Source: Oligoflexus sp. (GTDB taxonomy: Bacteria; Bdellovibrionota_B; Oligoflexia; Oligoflexales; Oligoflexaceae). Taken from it: DNA of 34,102 bases. Position 1 is the stretch's first letter. The number at the start of each line of letters is the position of its first letter. A program made the translations under genes and the position numbers. The notes under the pieces are model-generated. The model was not told where the DNA came from. It saw only the letters and a program-made list of their open reading frames with translations, and did not search any database. The stretch is taken from assembly GCA_041736305.1 (NCBI GenBank), contig JBGSTX010000014.1, forward strand, positions 1 to 34,102, written 5' to 3'. Positions 1 to 8,363 of the stretch are shown here, piece after piece.

Positions 1-1101
1 ATGAGAGTCCTGAACAAGTTCCGAATGAAATCCATGCCCTTCCTGGCTATCAGCCTCACTGGTATACTCGCTTTGACGTCTATCTCCTGCCTCAAATCTG
101 ATGGAAAAGACGAGCCACCCCAAAATGAAAAACAAACTGCGGACAGCTCAGGTTTACTCAAAACAGCAGCAGTACGGGTCAAGACACCACAGACTGGTAA
201 TTTTGACTTACGAGAAGTGGCCGAACGCGTCCGCATAGGAGTCGTTCCCTCGGTCGGTGGTCAGAAGGCGGAAGCAACTGAAGATGCTTTGATTTTTCCG
301 ATATCTGCCGACGAAACCTATACTCTCTCCGACGTTCGAGGCGGGGATGTTTTTATCCTCGTTGAATTTTTGAACGAGCAAGAAGTAGCGATCGCCAAAG
401 GCGAACTCAGGACACAGCTGAATGCTGAAACAGTACCCGAAGTTCAGGTCGGCTTCGCGCCGCTGCCTCTGGAAGTCGGTCTTACTCTTGCGGTCAGCGA
501 CACTCCTGCTCCCGAAGTTCCAACAACTCCGGTAGGTCCGGCCCCTGCTGGTGAGCCAGCTGAAGTCAAAGCTGCTCTCAAGAGCGGCAGCTGCCTCGGT
601 TGCCACAGCACGCGTGGAAAACAGGGGGGGCTCGTCCTCGACACCTTCCCTTATGTCAGCACCAATCCGGAGCTTATCGCTGGTGGCGATGCTGCAGTCA
701 TGAAGAGAGTAGTCGAACGCGTGACTAGCACAGACAACCCGATGCCACCTTCCGGTCTGGTATTGAAGCCTGAGGCCGTAGCAGTCCTCGATAGTTTCCG
801 TAGAGTCTTGGAAACGCCTGCCCCAGCCGCGACTCAGCCGGCTAGCCCAGCTGCCTTGGCTGTTCAAACGGTGAAGATGACTGTTTATCTCGAAGACGGC
901 AAGACTTTCGAGACAGAGCTCGTGCTTGATCAGGGTGCTCGCTATGTTTCTAAGGATGCTATCGAAGTCACCCCAGGCAAATCCTACAACTATGACTTGA
1001 GCGTCTATGGTCGTGATGGAATGGCTTTAAATGAAGTGAAGAAAGCTAGCTTCACTGTGCCTCTGACAGGACTGGTAGAACTTAGTCTTTCTTTAAATTG
1101 A
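1..1101 (+). CDS. Lipoprotein with a monoheme c-type cytochrome domain (planctomycete-type cytochrome c-like) between beta-rich domains
   Basis: Signal peptide ending TSIS-C. CLGCH heme motif at 592-606, then GGLVL and a distal MPP (742-750). Pro/Ala linkers flank the heme domain. True start may be a later Met (25 or 34). Confidence 0.75.
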   Translation: MRVLNKFRMKSMPFLAISLTGILALTSISCLKSDGKDEPPQNEKQTADSSGLLKTAAVRVKTPQTGNFDLREVAERVRIGVVPSVGGQKAEATEDALIFPISADETYTLSDVRGGDVFILVEFLNEQEVAIAKGELRTQLNAETVPEVQVGFAPLPLEVGLTLAVSDTPAPEVPTTPVGPAPAGEPAEVKAALKSGSCLGCHSTRGKQGGLVLDTFPYVSTNPELIAGGDAAVMKRVVERVTSTDNPMPPSGLVLKPEAVAVLDSFRRVLETPAPAATQPASPAALAVQTVKMTVYLEDGKTFETELVLDQGARYVSKDAIEVTPGKSYNYDLSVYGRDGMALNEVKKASFTVPLTGLVELSLSLN

Positions 1102-1104
1102 ATT

Positions 1105-1131
1105 AAAAAAGGCCCTCGCGGGCCTTTTTTT
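1105..1131. terminator. Bidirectional rho-independent terminator
   Basis: AAAAAAGGCCC-tcgc-GGGCCTTTTTTT between convergent genes. Confidence 0.9.
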
Positions 1132-1161
1132 ATTCTCAAGCTAATATTCGCCTATTTTTCC

Positions 1162-2226
1162 TTAAATTCCCGCATTGCGAGCCAGCTCTATCGCTATCTC
1201 TCGCCACCAGGCGCCAGCCGCAGGTCCACCATTGCATTCTCCATCCGACTCGCCGGGCCGCTTCAGCCAAAGGAATGCATCAACGCCTTCATGCCCTGTG
1301 GAGCTAGTGGGCAGCTTACCAAGCGCACGTCCGCTGGGATTGCACCACTCATTGTTAGGTGATGGCCCAGCACCGTTGCGCGACGTGTCGATCACGAAAG
1401 ACTTATCCCGACCAACGACGTTGCGCACCGCATTGCCGAACTGAATGTTAGATTCAGTACTTTGGTAGTTAGAAGTATTGAGAGCGAAACCATCAGCAAT
1501 TGCCACGCCTGCTCTCTGCAGACGTTGGGCTGTTTCATCGGCCGAGAGCCAAGCCGAATGACCAGCATCGAGGTAAACTAGAGTGGTTGGATTCTCTTTC
1601 AAAACACCAATAGCCTCGCGGAGGAGATTATAGCGTTCGCTTTTAAGTTCTTCTGAGAGGCAGTTGTTGAGAGTCAGTGCATCGGGTTCGAGAATAACGA
1701 TAGCTTTCGAACCCCGCAGTGCCGCCGCAAAATCTCTGATCCAAATTTTGTATTCGGAAGCAGACGCTCCCCCAGCCGAGTGTTGGCCGCAGTCGCGATA
1801 GGGAATGTTGTAAGCAATCAGAACAGCATACGAATCGTCGCTCTTTGCAGCTTCGATTTGGGCCTGAACAGCCGGACCAATAGCTTCGCTCCATTCTCCA
1901 TACCAAACCCCTGCAGACTGCTGCGCGATATACCGTATCCGGCGAGCGTCAGGTCCATCCTGGGGTTGAATGAGAAGGGAATCTTCCATCGCCTGCGAAT
2001 TAGGATCGACCCAGAACTTCAGAACATCTGGCAGTGCAGCCTGCTGCTCAACACTTCGTTTTTCAAATTGATCTGTCGCCAACGGCAGTCGGCTATCTTT
2101 TTCCTGAATTTCAGAGTGGGGGGAACAGGCGACAGCAGTGAGAGAAAGACCTAGAAAAATGCAGATATTTACGCTTATTTTGCTGCCCGTAGCAAATGGT
2201 GCCCAACCTAGCATCCAAACCTCCAT
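1162..2226 (-). CDS. Glycoside hydrolase family 6 (endoglucanase/cellulase), lipoprotein
   Basis: GH6 motifs YNIPYRDC, VILEPDAL, YLDAGHSAW, NTSNY, IDTSRNG, WCNP, WLKRPGESDG; lipobox AVA-C. Start may be 2214. Confidence 0.92.
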   Translation of the reverse strand: MEVWMLGWAPFATGSKISVNICIFLGLSLTAVACSPHSEIQEKDSRLPLATDQFEKRSVEQQAALPDVLKFWVDPNSQAMEDSLLIQPQDGPDARRIRYIAQQSAGVWYGEWSEAIGPAVQAQIEAAKSDDSYAVLIAYNIPYRDCGQHSAGGASASEYKIWIRDFAAALRGSKAIVILEPDALTLNNCLSEELKSERYNLLREAIGVLKENPTTLVYLDAGHSAWLSADETAQRLQRAGVAIADGFALNTSNYQSTESNIQFGNAVRNVVGRDKSFVIDTSRNGAGPSPNNEWCNPSGRALGKLPTSSTGHEGVDAFLWLKRPGESDGECNGGPAAGAWWREIAIELARNAGI

Positions 2227-2274
2227 CGATCACAAAAATGGTTTTGTATTTGGAGGAAGTCTAGCATAGGAATC

Positions 2275-2311
2275 GGGGATCGGGGCTTTATTTTATTAAA
2301 ACCCGATCCCC
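2275..2311. repeat. Perfect 10-bp inverted repeat with AT-rich spacer
   Basis: GGGGATCGGG (2275-2284) and CCCGATCCCC (2302-2311) in the divergent intergenic region. Confidence 0.7.
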
Positions 2312-2529
2312 TGAAAGAGACCGTTCATGTCTGGATCCTGAGAGCGTCCTGCGAAGGACTAAAGAAAAGCTAACAGAACACTCTATAGGCCCTTTGCCCA
2401 AAAGAGCCTTCCCAGCGAAAAAGTCGGGCCTGAAAAAAACTTTCCTTTAAAAGCCTGCTCGGCTAAGGTTTGCACTCATTCCAGGCGCTTATCCGCGCCG
2501 CCCAGACTGGCCGAGAGAAGGAGACTCAA

Positions 2530-3339
2530 ATGCTACGCTTTGTACTGCTGGCTTTTTTTGGACTGAGTTTCATTTTTGGAAAAGTCGCAACTGCCGCCAG
2601 CCGCCTCGACGAGTTGAAAAAGCGAGGGACGCTGCGCGTGGGGATGGAACCTGGGTTTTTGCCTTTTGAAATGCAGACTCCGCAGGGCGAGTGGATCGGT
2701 TTCGATGTGGAAATGATTAAGGCTTTTGCGGCTAAACTCGGCGTGAAAGCGGAATTTATTGCGACTAAGTGGGATGGAATTATTCCCGGACTTATGGCCG
2801 GCAAATATGATGTAATCACCTCTGGCATGACTATCACAGCTGATCGGGCGAAGGCAGTCCTCTTCAGCGATCCTTATTATTCTGCGGGTCTCAAGCTAAT
2901 GCTCAGTAAGAAAGCGGCGGAGACTGTCAAAGGCCTAGACACTCTGGACCAGCCTCAGCACACCGTACTGGTCAAGCTAGGGACCACGGGCGATCTTTTC
3001 GCAACAAAAACTCTCAAGAAGGCCCAAATCCGGCGCATGGATAACGAAGCCGATGCGGCACAGGCTCTGGCCCTTGGACGTGCGAGTGCCTTCATTTACG
3101 ACCGTCCTTACCTAGAGATCTTCGAAAGTAGTCAGGCACAGAAGGACAAGGGACGCATCGTCCTGCTCAGTGAGCAGTTGTCCTCTGAAGATTTTGGTTT
3201 GGCAGCAAAGAAAAGCGATAAAGAGCTCGTCGATGCTTTCAACGCCTTCCTGAAATCTTGGAAGGCCGAAGGCGCCTACGATAAAGTTTACAAGGCCATG
3301 TTTGTCGATCTCAGCTGGAAAAGCCAATTTCCTATCTAA
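2530..3339 (+). CDS. Polar amino-acid ABC transporter substrate-binding protein (family 3)
   Basis: GTLRVG, PFE, GFDVE, WDGIIPGL, GMTITADR, FSDPYY, GTTG motifs; AAGGAG RBS before ATG 2530; signal peptide. Confidence 0.92.
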   Translation: MLRFVLLAFFGLSFIFGKVATAASRLDELKKRGTLRVGMEPGFLPFEMQTPQGEWIGFDVEMIKAFAAKLGVKAEFIATKWDGIIPGLMAGKYDVITSGMTITADRAKAVLFSDPYYSAGLKLMLSKKAAETVKGLDTLDQPQHTVLVKLGTTGDLFATKTLKKAQIRRMDNEADAAQALALGRASAFIYDRPYLEIFESSQAQKDKGRIVLLSEQLSSEDFGLAAKKSDKELVDAFNAFLKSWKAEGAYDKVYKAMFVDLSWKSQFPI

Positions 3340-3353
3340 CACCCTAGGATCCC

Positions 3354-4133
3354 ATGTACCCGAAGTCTTTGTCTCGCTATCTGACACTGCTCAGTCTTGT
3401 CGTCCTGGCTTTAGGTGGCTGGCTTTTGATCCAGAGCTTTCTGCATCTCGATTACGACTGGGATTTCGCCTTTTTAAAGGTCTATCTATGGGACTCGCAG
3501 AATAGCCGTCCAGGCTTGATCCTCGAAGGTCTGTGGGGCACGATCTATATCAGCGTGCTCAGTATCTTCTTCGGCTCAGTCTTGGGTCTGATCGTGGGAT
3601 TCTTGATGCTCACGCGCGAACCAGTGGCTCGCTCTGCAGCGACTTTTTTTGTCGATGTCTTTCGCAACACACCGGTCCTAGTTCAACTGTACGTCATGTA
3701 TTTTATCGTCGGCACAGCTCTGAGTCTGAGTCCTGAGGTTGCGGGCGTGATGACTTTAAGCCTCTTTTGCTCTGCTTATGTTGCGGATATATTTCGCGCA
3801 GCCGTCATAGAATTTGAAAGAGGGCAGGTAGACGCGGCCAAGGCTATTGGTCTCAATGACTGGCAAATTGCCTCGCAAATCATGGCGCCGCAGATTCTGA
3901 GACGCATGCTCCCGGCACTGGTTGGGCAGTTCGTCAGTCTCGTCAAAGACAGTTCACTCGTTTCGGTCATCTCCGTAGCCGATCTCACGAAGTCGGCCCT
4001 CAACGTCGTGTCGGTCAGCTTCCGGGCCTTTGAGACCTGGTTCGTTATCGCTCTGATTTACTTTGTACTCAACTATGCGCTGAGCAGCTACGGTCGCTAT
4101 CTGGAACGACGCTTGCGCGTGAGTCCAGCATAA
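3354..4133 (+). CDS. Polar amino-acid ABC transporter permease (HisM/GlnP family)
   Basis: FRNTPVLVQL, AYVADIFRAA, GQVDAAKAIG (EAA loop), LVKDSSL. Confidence 0.93.
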   Translation: MYPKSLSRYLTLLSLVVLALGGWLLIQSFLHLDYDWDFAFLKVYLWDSQNSRPGLILEGLWGTIYISVLSIFFGSVLGLIVGFLMLTREPVARSAATFFVDVFRNTPVLVQLYVMYFIVGTALSLSPEVAGVMTLSLFCSAYVADIFRAAVIEFERGQVDAAKAIGLNDWQIASQIMAPQILRRMLPALVGQFVSLVKDSSLVSVISVADLTKSALNVVSVSFRAFETWFVIALIYFVLNYALSSYGRYLERRLRVSPA

Positions 4134-4162
4134 ATGCGCCCTCACTCTCGGAGATTTTTATC

Positions 4163-4930
4163 GTGAATCCCCCATCTTCTTCTTCATCTCCTCTCGTCGA
4201 GATGGTGCAGGTGAAAAAATCTTTTCACACGGGCCACGGGGAGCAGGTAGTCCTCGATCATTTTGATTTGCAGGTCTGGCCCGGCGATCGGCTCTGTCTC
4301 ATAGGCCCTTCCGGAAGCGGTAAATCGACTTGTTTGCGCATCATCAATGCTTTGGAAACTATCAGTGCCGGCGAAGTCAAAGTTACCGGTTTAAGCTATC
4401 AGGGCTCAGGGCTTCCGGTTCACAAGATTCGGCAGAAGACTGCTATGGTTTTCCAACGTTTCGAACTCTTTCCCCATTTGAACGCTCTTGAAAATGTTGC
4501 GCTAGCACCTCGCTTGACGCGCGGTCTCAGCCGTGAAGCTGCGCGCGAAAAATCCTCCGAACTCCTCGCCAAGGTTGGACTCGCTGCCCACACGCATAAG
4601 TATCCAGCCCAGCTCTCAGGCGGTCAGCAGCAGCGGGTCAGCATCGCCAGAGCTTTGGCCGTCGATCCTGAAGTCCTGCTCTGCGATGAACCTACTTCGG
4701 CCCTTGATCCTGAGTTGGTGCATGAGGTGACCGACATCCTGCAGGATTTAGCGCTAGGTGGGATGACGATGCTAATCGTAACGCACGAAATGTCCTTTGC
4801 TCGCCGCGTCGCCACGCAGTGTCTATTCCTGGAAGGCGGGAAGATAGTTGAGCGTGCGGTGCCCGACGCTTTCTTCGATAGACCTAAGCACCCGCGCCTG
4901 CAGCAATTTTTAAAGAAAATCCAAGTCTAA
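4163..4930 (+). CDS. Polar amino-acid ABC transporter ATP-binding protein (GlnQ family)
   Basis: Walker A GPSGSGKS, LSGGQQQR, Walker B LLCDEPTSALD, VTHEM; GTG start with GGAG upstream. Confidence 0.95.
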   Translation: MNPPSSSSSPLVEMVQVKKSFHTGHGEQVVLDHFDLQVWPGDRLCLIGPSGSGKSTCLRIINALETISAGEVKVTGLSYQGSGLPVHKIRQKTAMVFQRFELFPHLNALENVALAPRLTRGLSREAAREKSSELLAKVGLAAHTHKYPAQLSGGQQQRVSIARALAVDPEVLLCDEPTSALDPELVHEVTDILQDLALGGMTMLIVTHEMSFARRVATQCLFLEGGKIVERAVPDAFFDRPKHPRLQQFLKKIQV

Positions 4931-5006
4931 GGGCCCCTGACCTAGGTAGAATTTGCAGCCCAAAGCCATGATATCCTTTAATTCGGAACATGGGGGCTCT
5001 CTGTAA

Positions 5007-8000
5007 ATGAACGATCTTCTACCTATCGATTCCCCAAAACCTGATTTCTTTCGGTCCACCACTTTGGCCTTGCTGGGAGCTATCGTCCTGGCTTTTGGGC
5101 TTTGCTGGCATTTTTTAGTTATTCCTGCCATCTATCCAAGCTTTGACTACCCTGTCGATACTAAGGGAGTCGTTGATTTCGAAGACTATGATTGGTCCGA
5201 AAGCGTTTCGCTGCTGAGTCCTTGGAACTTCTACTGGAACCAAATCGTCGATCCGAGTGCCATCGCCGAGGGTTCAGCTCCACCGGCTGACTGCCAGCTT
5301 ATTCCAGGATACTGGAACGGTGTCTCCTGCGGTGAGCATAAGCTCCAAAGCCAGGGCAAAGCTACCTATCATCTGCGAGTAAAAGTCAAAGCACAGGCCG
5401 AAGGCTTTGCCTTTCATCTTATCCGTGCGTTCATGAACTATACTCTCTACGTCAACGGTCAGCTGATTCATAAACCAGGGTTCGACAATAAACTGGATGT
5501 CGACAAGGGGCGCTTTGGGAGAGGAGTTCAAGAGCTCGATATCGTGCTACAGGTCGAAAATCCCGACTTTATTTACGGTGGAGTCTACAATCGCATTCGC
5601 TTAGGTCTCGCTCCACAGGTTGCCTATGAACGATTCTTCAATCGGGCCATCGAGATTGGAATTGGAGCCTGCTTCTTTATTATGGCTCTCTACCATTTCG
5701 CTTTTTTCTGCTTGCGACGTCGTAGTATAGAACTGCTCATGTTTGCCGGAATCTGTACTCTGATTCTTTGTCGCATGGTATTCGTAGGGCAGGGTATCTT
5801 CTTCGATCTGAGCCAACGAGCGCGAGATGAGTACTTCCTTGTTTGGACCATGCACCTCACTTACTACACTGAACTTCCCATGTTCGCGGCCTTTATTTAT
5901 ACCCTCTTCCCTCAGGATCTTTCTAGGCGTTTGACTTTCTGGATAATTGCTATCAGCGGGGTCTTTGTCGCTAGCCTATTTCTTACGCCAATGAGCTTTT
6001 GGATGTATACAGCTCATCCTTATCATCTGCTCGCTATCTGCTACGTGGTTTACGCATATTACGCCCTGGGTCGCGCTATACTTTGGTTCAAGCGAGAAGG
6101 GGTTACTCTCTTTGCGCTCAGTGGATCCGTCGTTTCCATTGGTCTTTTTTACGATATCGGGACGCTGGTACTAAATTTCAAAAGTTATGATAACGTCGCA
6201 GTCCTCGGCTGCTTTTTCTATCTCATTATCCAAGCTCTCGTGCTAGCGATACGTTTCTCGCGGGCTTACACCCTAGTCGAAGAAGGCGAGCAAGCGATCA
6301 AGCGCCTCAATTCCGACCTGCAAGAACATGAGCGCTCGCGGACCGCCATGTTTCACAATACCTCACATGAGCTGCGTACACCGCTCAATGGCATCCTTGG
6401 CTTCATCCGCTTGATCCGCAGTGGGCAGTACGGTGAGATCGGCGAAAAACCTCGGGGACAATTGCTTAAGGTTGAAAACCTCGCTCACTCGCTCCTGAGC
6501 CAGGTCAACACAATCCTCGACCTGGCCAAGTCAAGACAGGGCTCTCTGACTCTGGCGCCTACGCTCTTTTCCCTGAATGAGCTGGTGAAAGAGGTGAGCT
6601 ATCTATCCGAAGCCCTGCAGACAAGGCAAGAGGATACAAAATTTGAGATCGAACGATCCTGGTCCGACCATGAGGCTCCTGTTTTTGTCGGCGATCAGGA
6701 GAAGATACTGACTATCGTCCGTAACCTTCTTGGCAACGCTTTCAAATTCGCGAAGAATGAGCAGGAGCACAAGGTTTCCGTCCGATTCGAGCTTACAGGT
6801 AAAGACAATCTCGAGATTAGCGTTGAAGATAGCGGAATCGGCATTCCACCTGAATATACAGAGAAAATTTTCGAAGAATTTCGGCAGCTCGACGATGCAG
6901 CGCGTCGCTCCTACGAAGGTAGCGGGTTAGGATTGGCAATCACGAAAAGCTTCGTCTCTCTCATGGGTGGAGAGATCAAAGTAAGTTCCCAGCTCGGGCA
7001 AGGTTCTTGCTTTAGCGTGAAAATACCAGCCGCATGCGAGACAGAGAAGCAGCCCGTCATAAAAACTCAGACGCCAGTGATAGAACGGCAAGTGCTTCGG
7101 CTCGAGAAAGCGAGTAAATCTCCTGCAAAATCGTCTCAGCAGACGCCAAGGGTCACTTTAGAAAAACCCCACAGAATCCTGGTAATCGATGATAATGCGA
7201 TCAACTGCGAGGTGATCAAAGACATACTCGAGGCGCAGGGCTACTTCGTCGAGACCGCCTTGGGCGGAGCCGAAGGGTTAGCTAAGATGGAGAGCTGGCA
7301 GCCAGAACTGGTACTGCTCGATCTCATGATGCCGATAGTTTCAGGCGAGGACGTTTTGCAGCGGCTGCGTGAGGAAAAGGAGCGGAAGCGCTCGCAAATA
7401 CCTGTCATCCTCATCACGGCAAGAGCTTCGCAGGAAGACCGTATCCATGGCCTCAGTCTAGGAGCAGATGACTACCTAGCTAAGCCTATCATGAGCGAGG
7501 AAATGATACTGAGGGTGCGGAACAGCCTCAATCGTCTTGAACTCACGCAGAAAGCGGCAGAAAAGGCCGCGATCGAGCAGGACTTGGCTGCGGTACAGAT
7601 GATTAATGAAACCATCAGTCGCTCGCTCGTCGATGCGCCTTCCTACTCTTTTGCTTCTTTTTACCAGCCGGCCGAAGTCACCGGAGGTGATTGGTTAGGG
7701 GTATTCCACGATCATCAGCGGCAGAGACTCTATCTTATGATTGGAGATGTGACGGGTCATGGCATGAAGTCAGCCTTGGTCACGGTCATTGTCGCCGCTG
7801 CCATCAAAGGTGGACTCGAGGTCCTGCAGAAAATTGCTGGCGAAGGAACACCCGAAGCCTGCCTGCAGGTGCTGCGAGAGGTAGCTAACCGACTGATGTG
7901 TGACTTATCTGAACGCTTAGACAAAACGATGACCATGGCTTTCCTCAGCCTGGATCTCCAGACGGGAGATGGTTACTATCTGAATGCGGGCCACCCACCC

Positions 8001-8363
8001 ATCTATATTATGCGCCGAGAAGAAATGGTAGGCCTCCTGCAGCAGTCGATGCCACTTGGTTACGCGGAGCCTAAGTCTAACAGAGCTCTAGCCTTTCACC
8101 TAGGCCCTGGCGAAAGTCTGCTGATGTTCACAGATGGATTGATAGAAAATCAAGGTCCCGATGGTCGAAGTCTCTCGCTTCGACGCATAAGCAAGAAAAT
8201 AGTCGGCCACTCTCTGGCCGATCAGGTGAAAGATATAGTGGTAGCTGAGTATCGCGCGATAGTTCGTGAGCAGAAAGTGGAAGACGATAGCTGCTTTTGC
8301 ATTATCAGCCGCAAACCTGCGGCTGAACGGCCGGAGCTGGAGCCGATAGAATCGGCCTCCTGA
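5007..8363 (+). CDS. Hybrid sensor: 7TM-DISM-like input, HisKA, HATPase_c, REC and SpoIIE/PP2C phosphatase
   Basis: Extracellular domain (WNFYWNQ, GKATYHL) and about 7 TM helices; SHELRTPLN; NAFKF, DSGIGI, GSGLGL; LVLLDLMMP; GGDW, GDVTGHG, NAGHPP, FTDGL, EDD. Confidence 0.9.
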   Translation: MNDLLPIDSPKPDFFRSTTLALLGAIVLAFGLCWHFLVIPAIYPSFDYPVDTKGVVDFEDYDWSESVSLLSPWNFYWNQIVDPSAIAEGSAPPADCQLIPGYWNGVSCGEHKLQSQGKATYHLRVKVKAQAEGFAFHLIRAFMNYTLYVNGQLIHKPGFDNKLDVDKGRFGRGVQELDIVLQVENPDFIYGGVYNRIRLGLAPQVAYERFFNRAIEIGIGACFFIMALYHFAFFCLRRRSIELLMFAGICTLILCRMVFVGQGIFFDLSQRARDEYFLVWTMHLTYYTELPMFAAFIYTLFPQDLSRRLTFWIIAISGVFVASLFLTPMSFWMYTAHPYHLLAICYVVYAYYALGRAILWFKREGVTLFALSGSVVSIGLFYDIGTLVLNFKSYDNVAVLGCFFYLIIQALVLAIRFSRAYTLVEEGEQAIKRLNSDLQEHERSRTAMFHNTSHELRTPLNGILGFIRLIRSGQYGEIGEKPRGQLLKVENLAHSLLSQVNTILDLAKSRQGSLTLAPTLFSLNELVKEVSYLSEALQTRQEDTKFEIERSWSDHEAPVFVGDQEKILTIVRNLLGNAFKFAKNEQEHKVSVRFELTGKDNLEISVEDSGIGIPPEYTEKIFEEFRQLDDAARRSYEGSGLGLAITKSFVSLMGGEIKVSSQLGQGSCFSVKIPAACETEKQPVIKTQTPVIERQVLRLEKASKSPAKSSQQTPRVTLEKPHRILVIDDNAINCEVIKDILEAQGYFVETALGGAEGLAKMESWQPELVLLDLMMPIVSGEDVLQRLREEKERKRSQIPVILITARASQEDRIHGLSLGADDYLAKPIMSEEMILRVRNSLNRLELTQKAAEKAAIEQDLAAVQMINETISRSLVDAPSYSFASFYQPAEVTGGDWLGVFHDHQRQRLYLMIGDVTGHGMKSALVTVIVAAAIKGGLEVLQKIAGEGTPEACLQVLREVANRLMCDLSERLDKTMTMAFLSLDLQTGDGYYLNAGHPPIYIMRREEMVGLLQQSMPLGYAEPKSNRALAFHLGPGESLLMFTDGLIENQGPDGRSLSLRRISKKIVGHSLADQVKDIVVAEYRAIVREQKVEDDSCFCIISRKPAAERPELEPIESAS

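Noticed and set aside
208..867. 219-aa minus-strand ORF
   Set aside because: Antisense shadow of the cytochrome c lipoprotein; no recognisable motifs
2339..2352. TGAGAGCGTCCTGC as a CelR-like operator for GH6
   Set aside because: Right half does not fit TGGGAGCGCTCCCA; no LacI-family gene nearby
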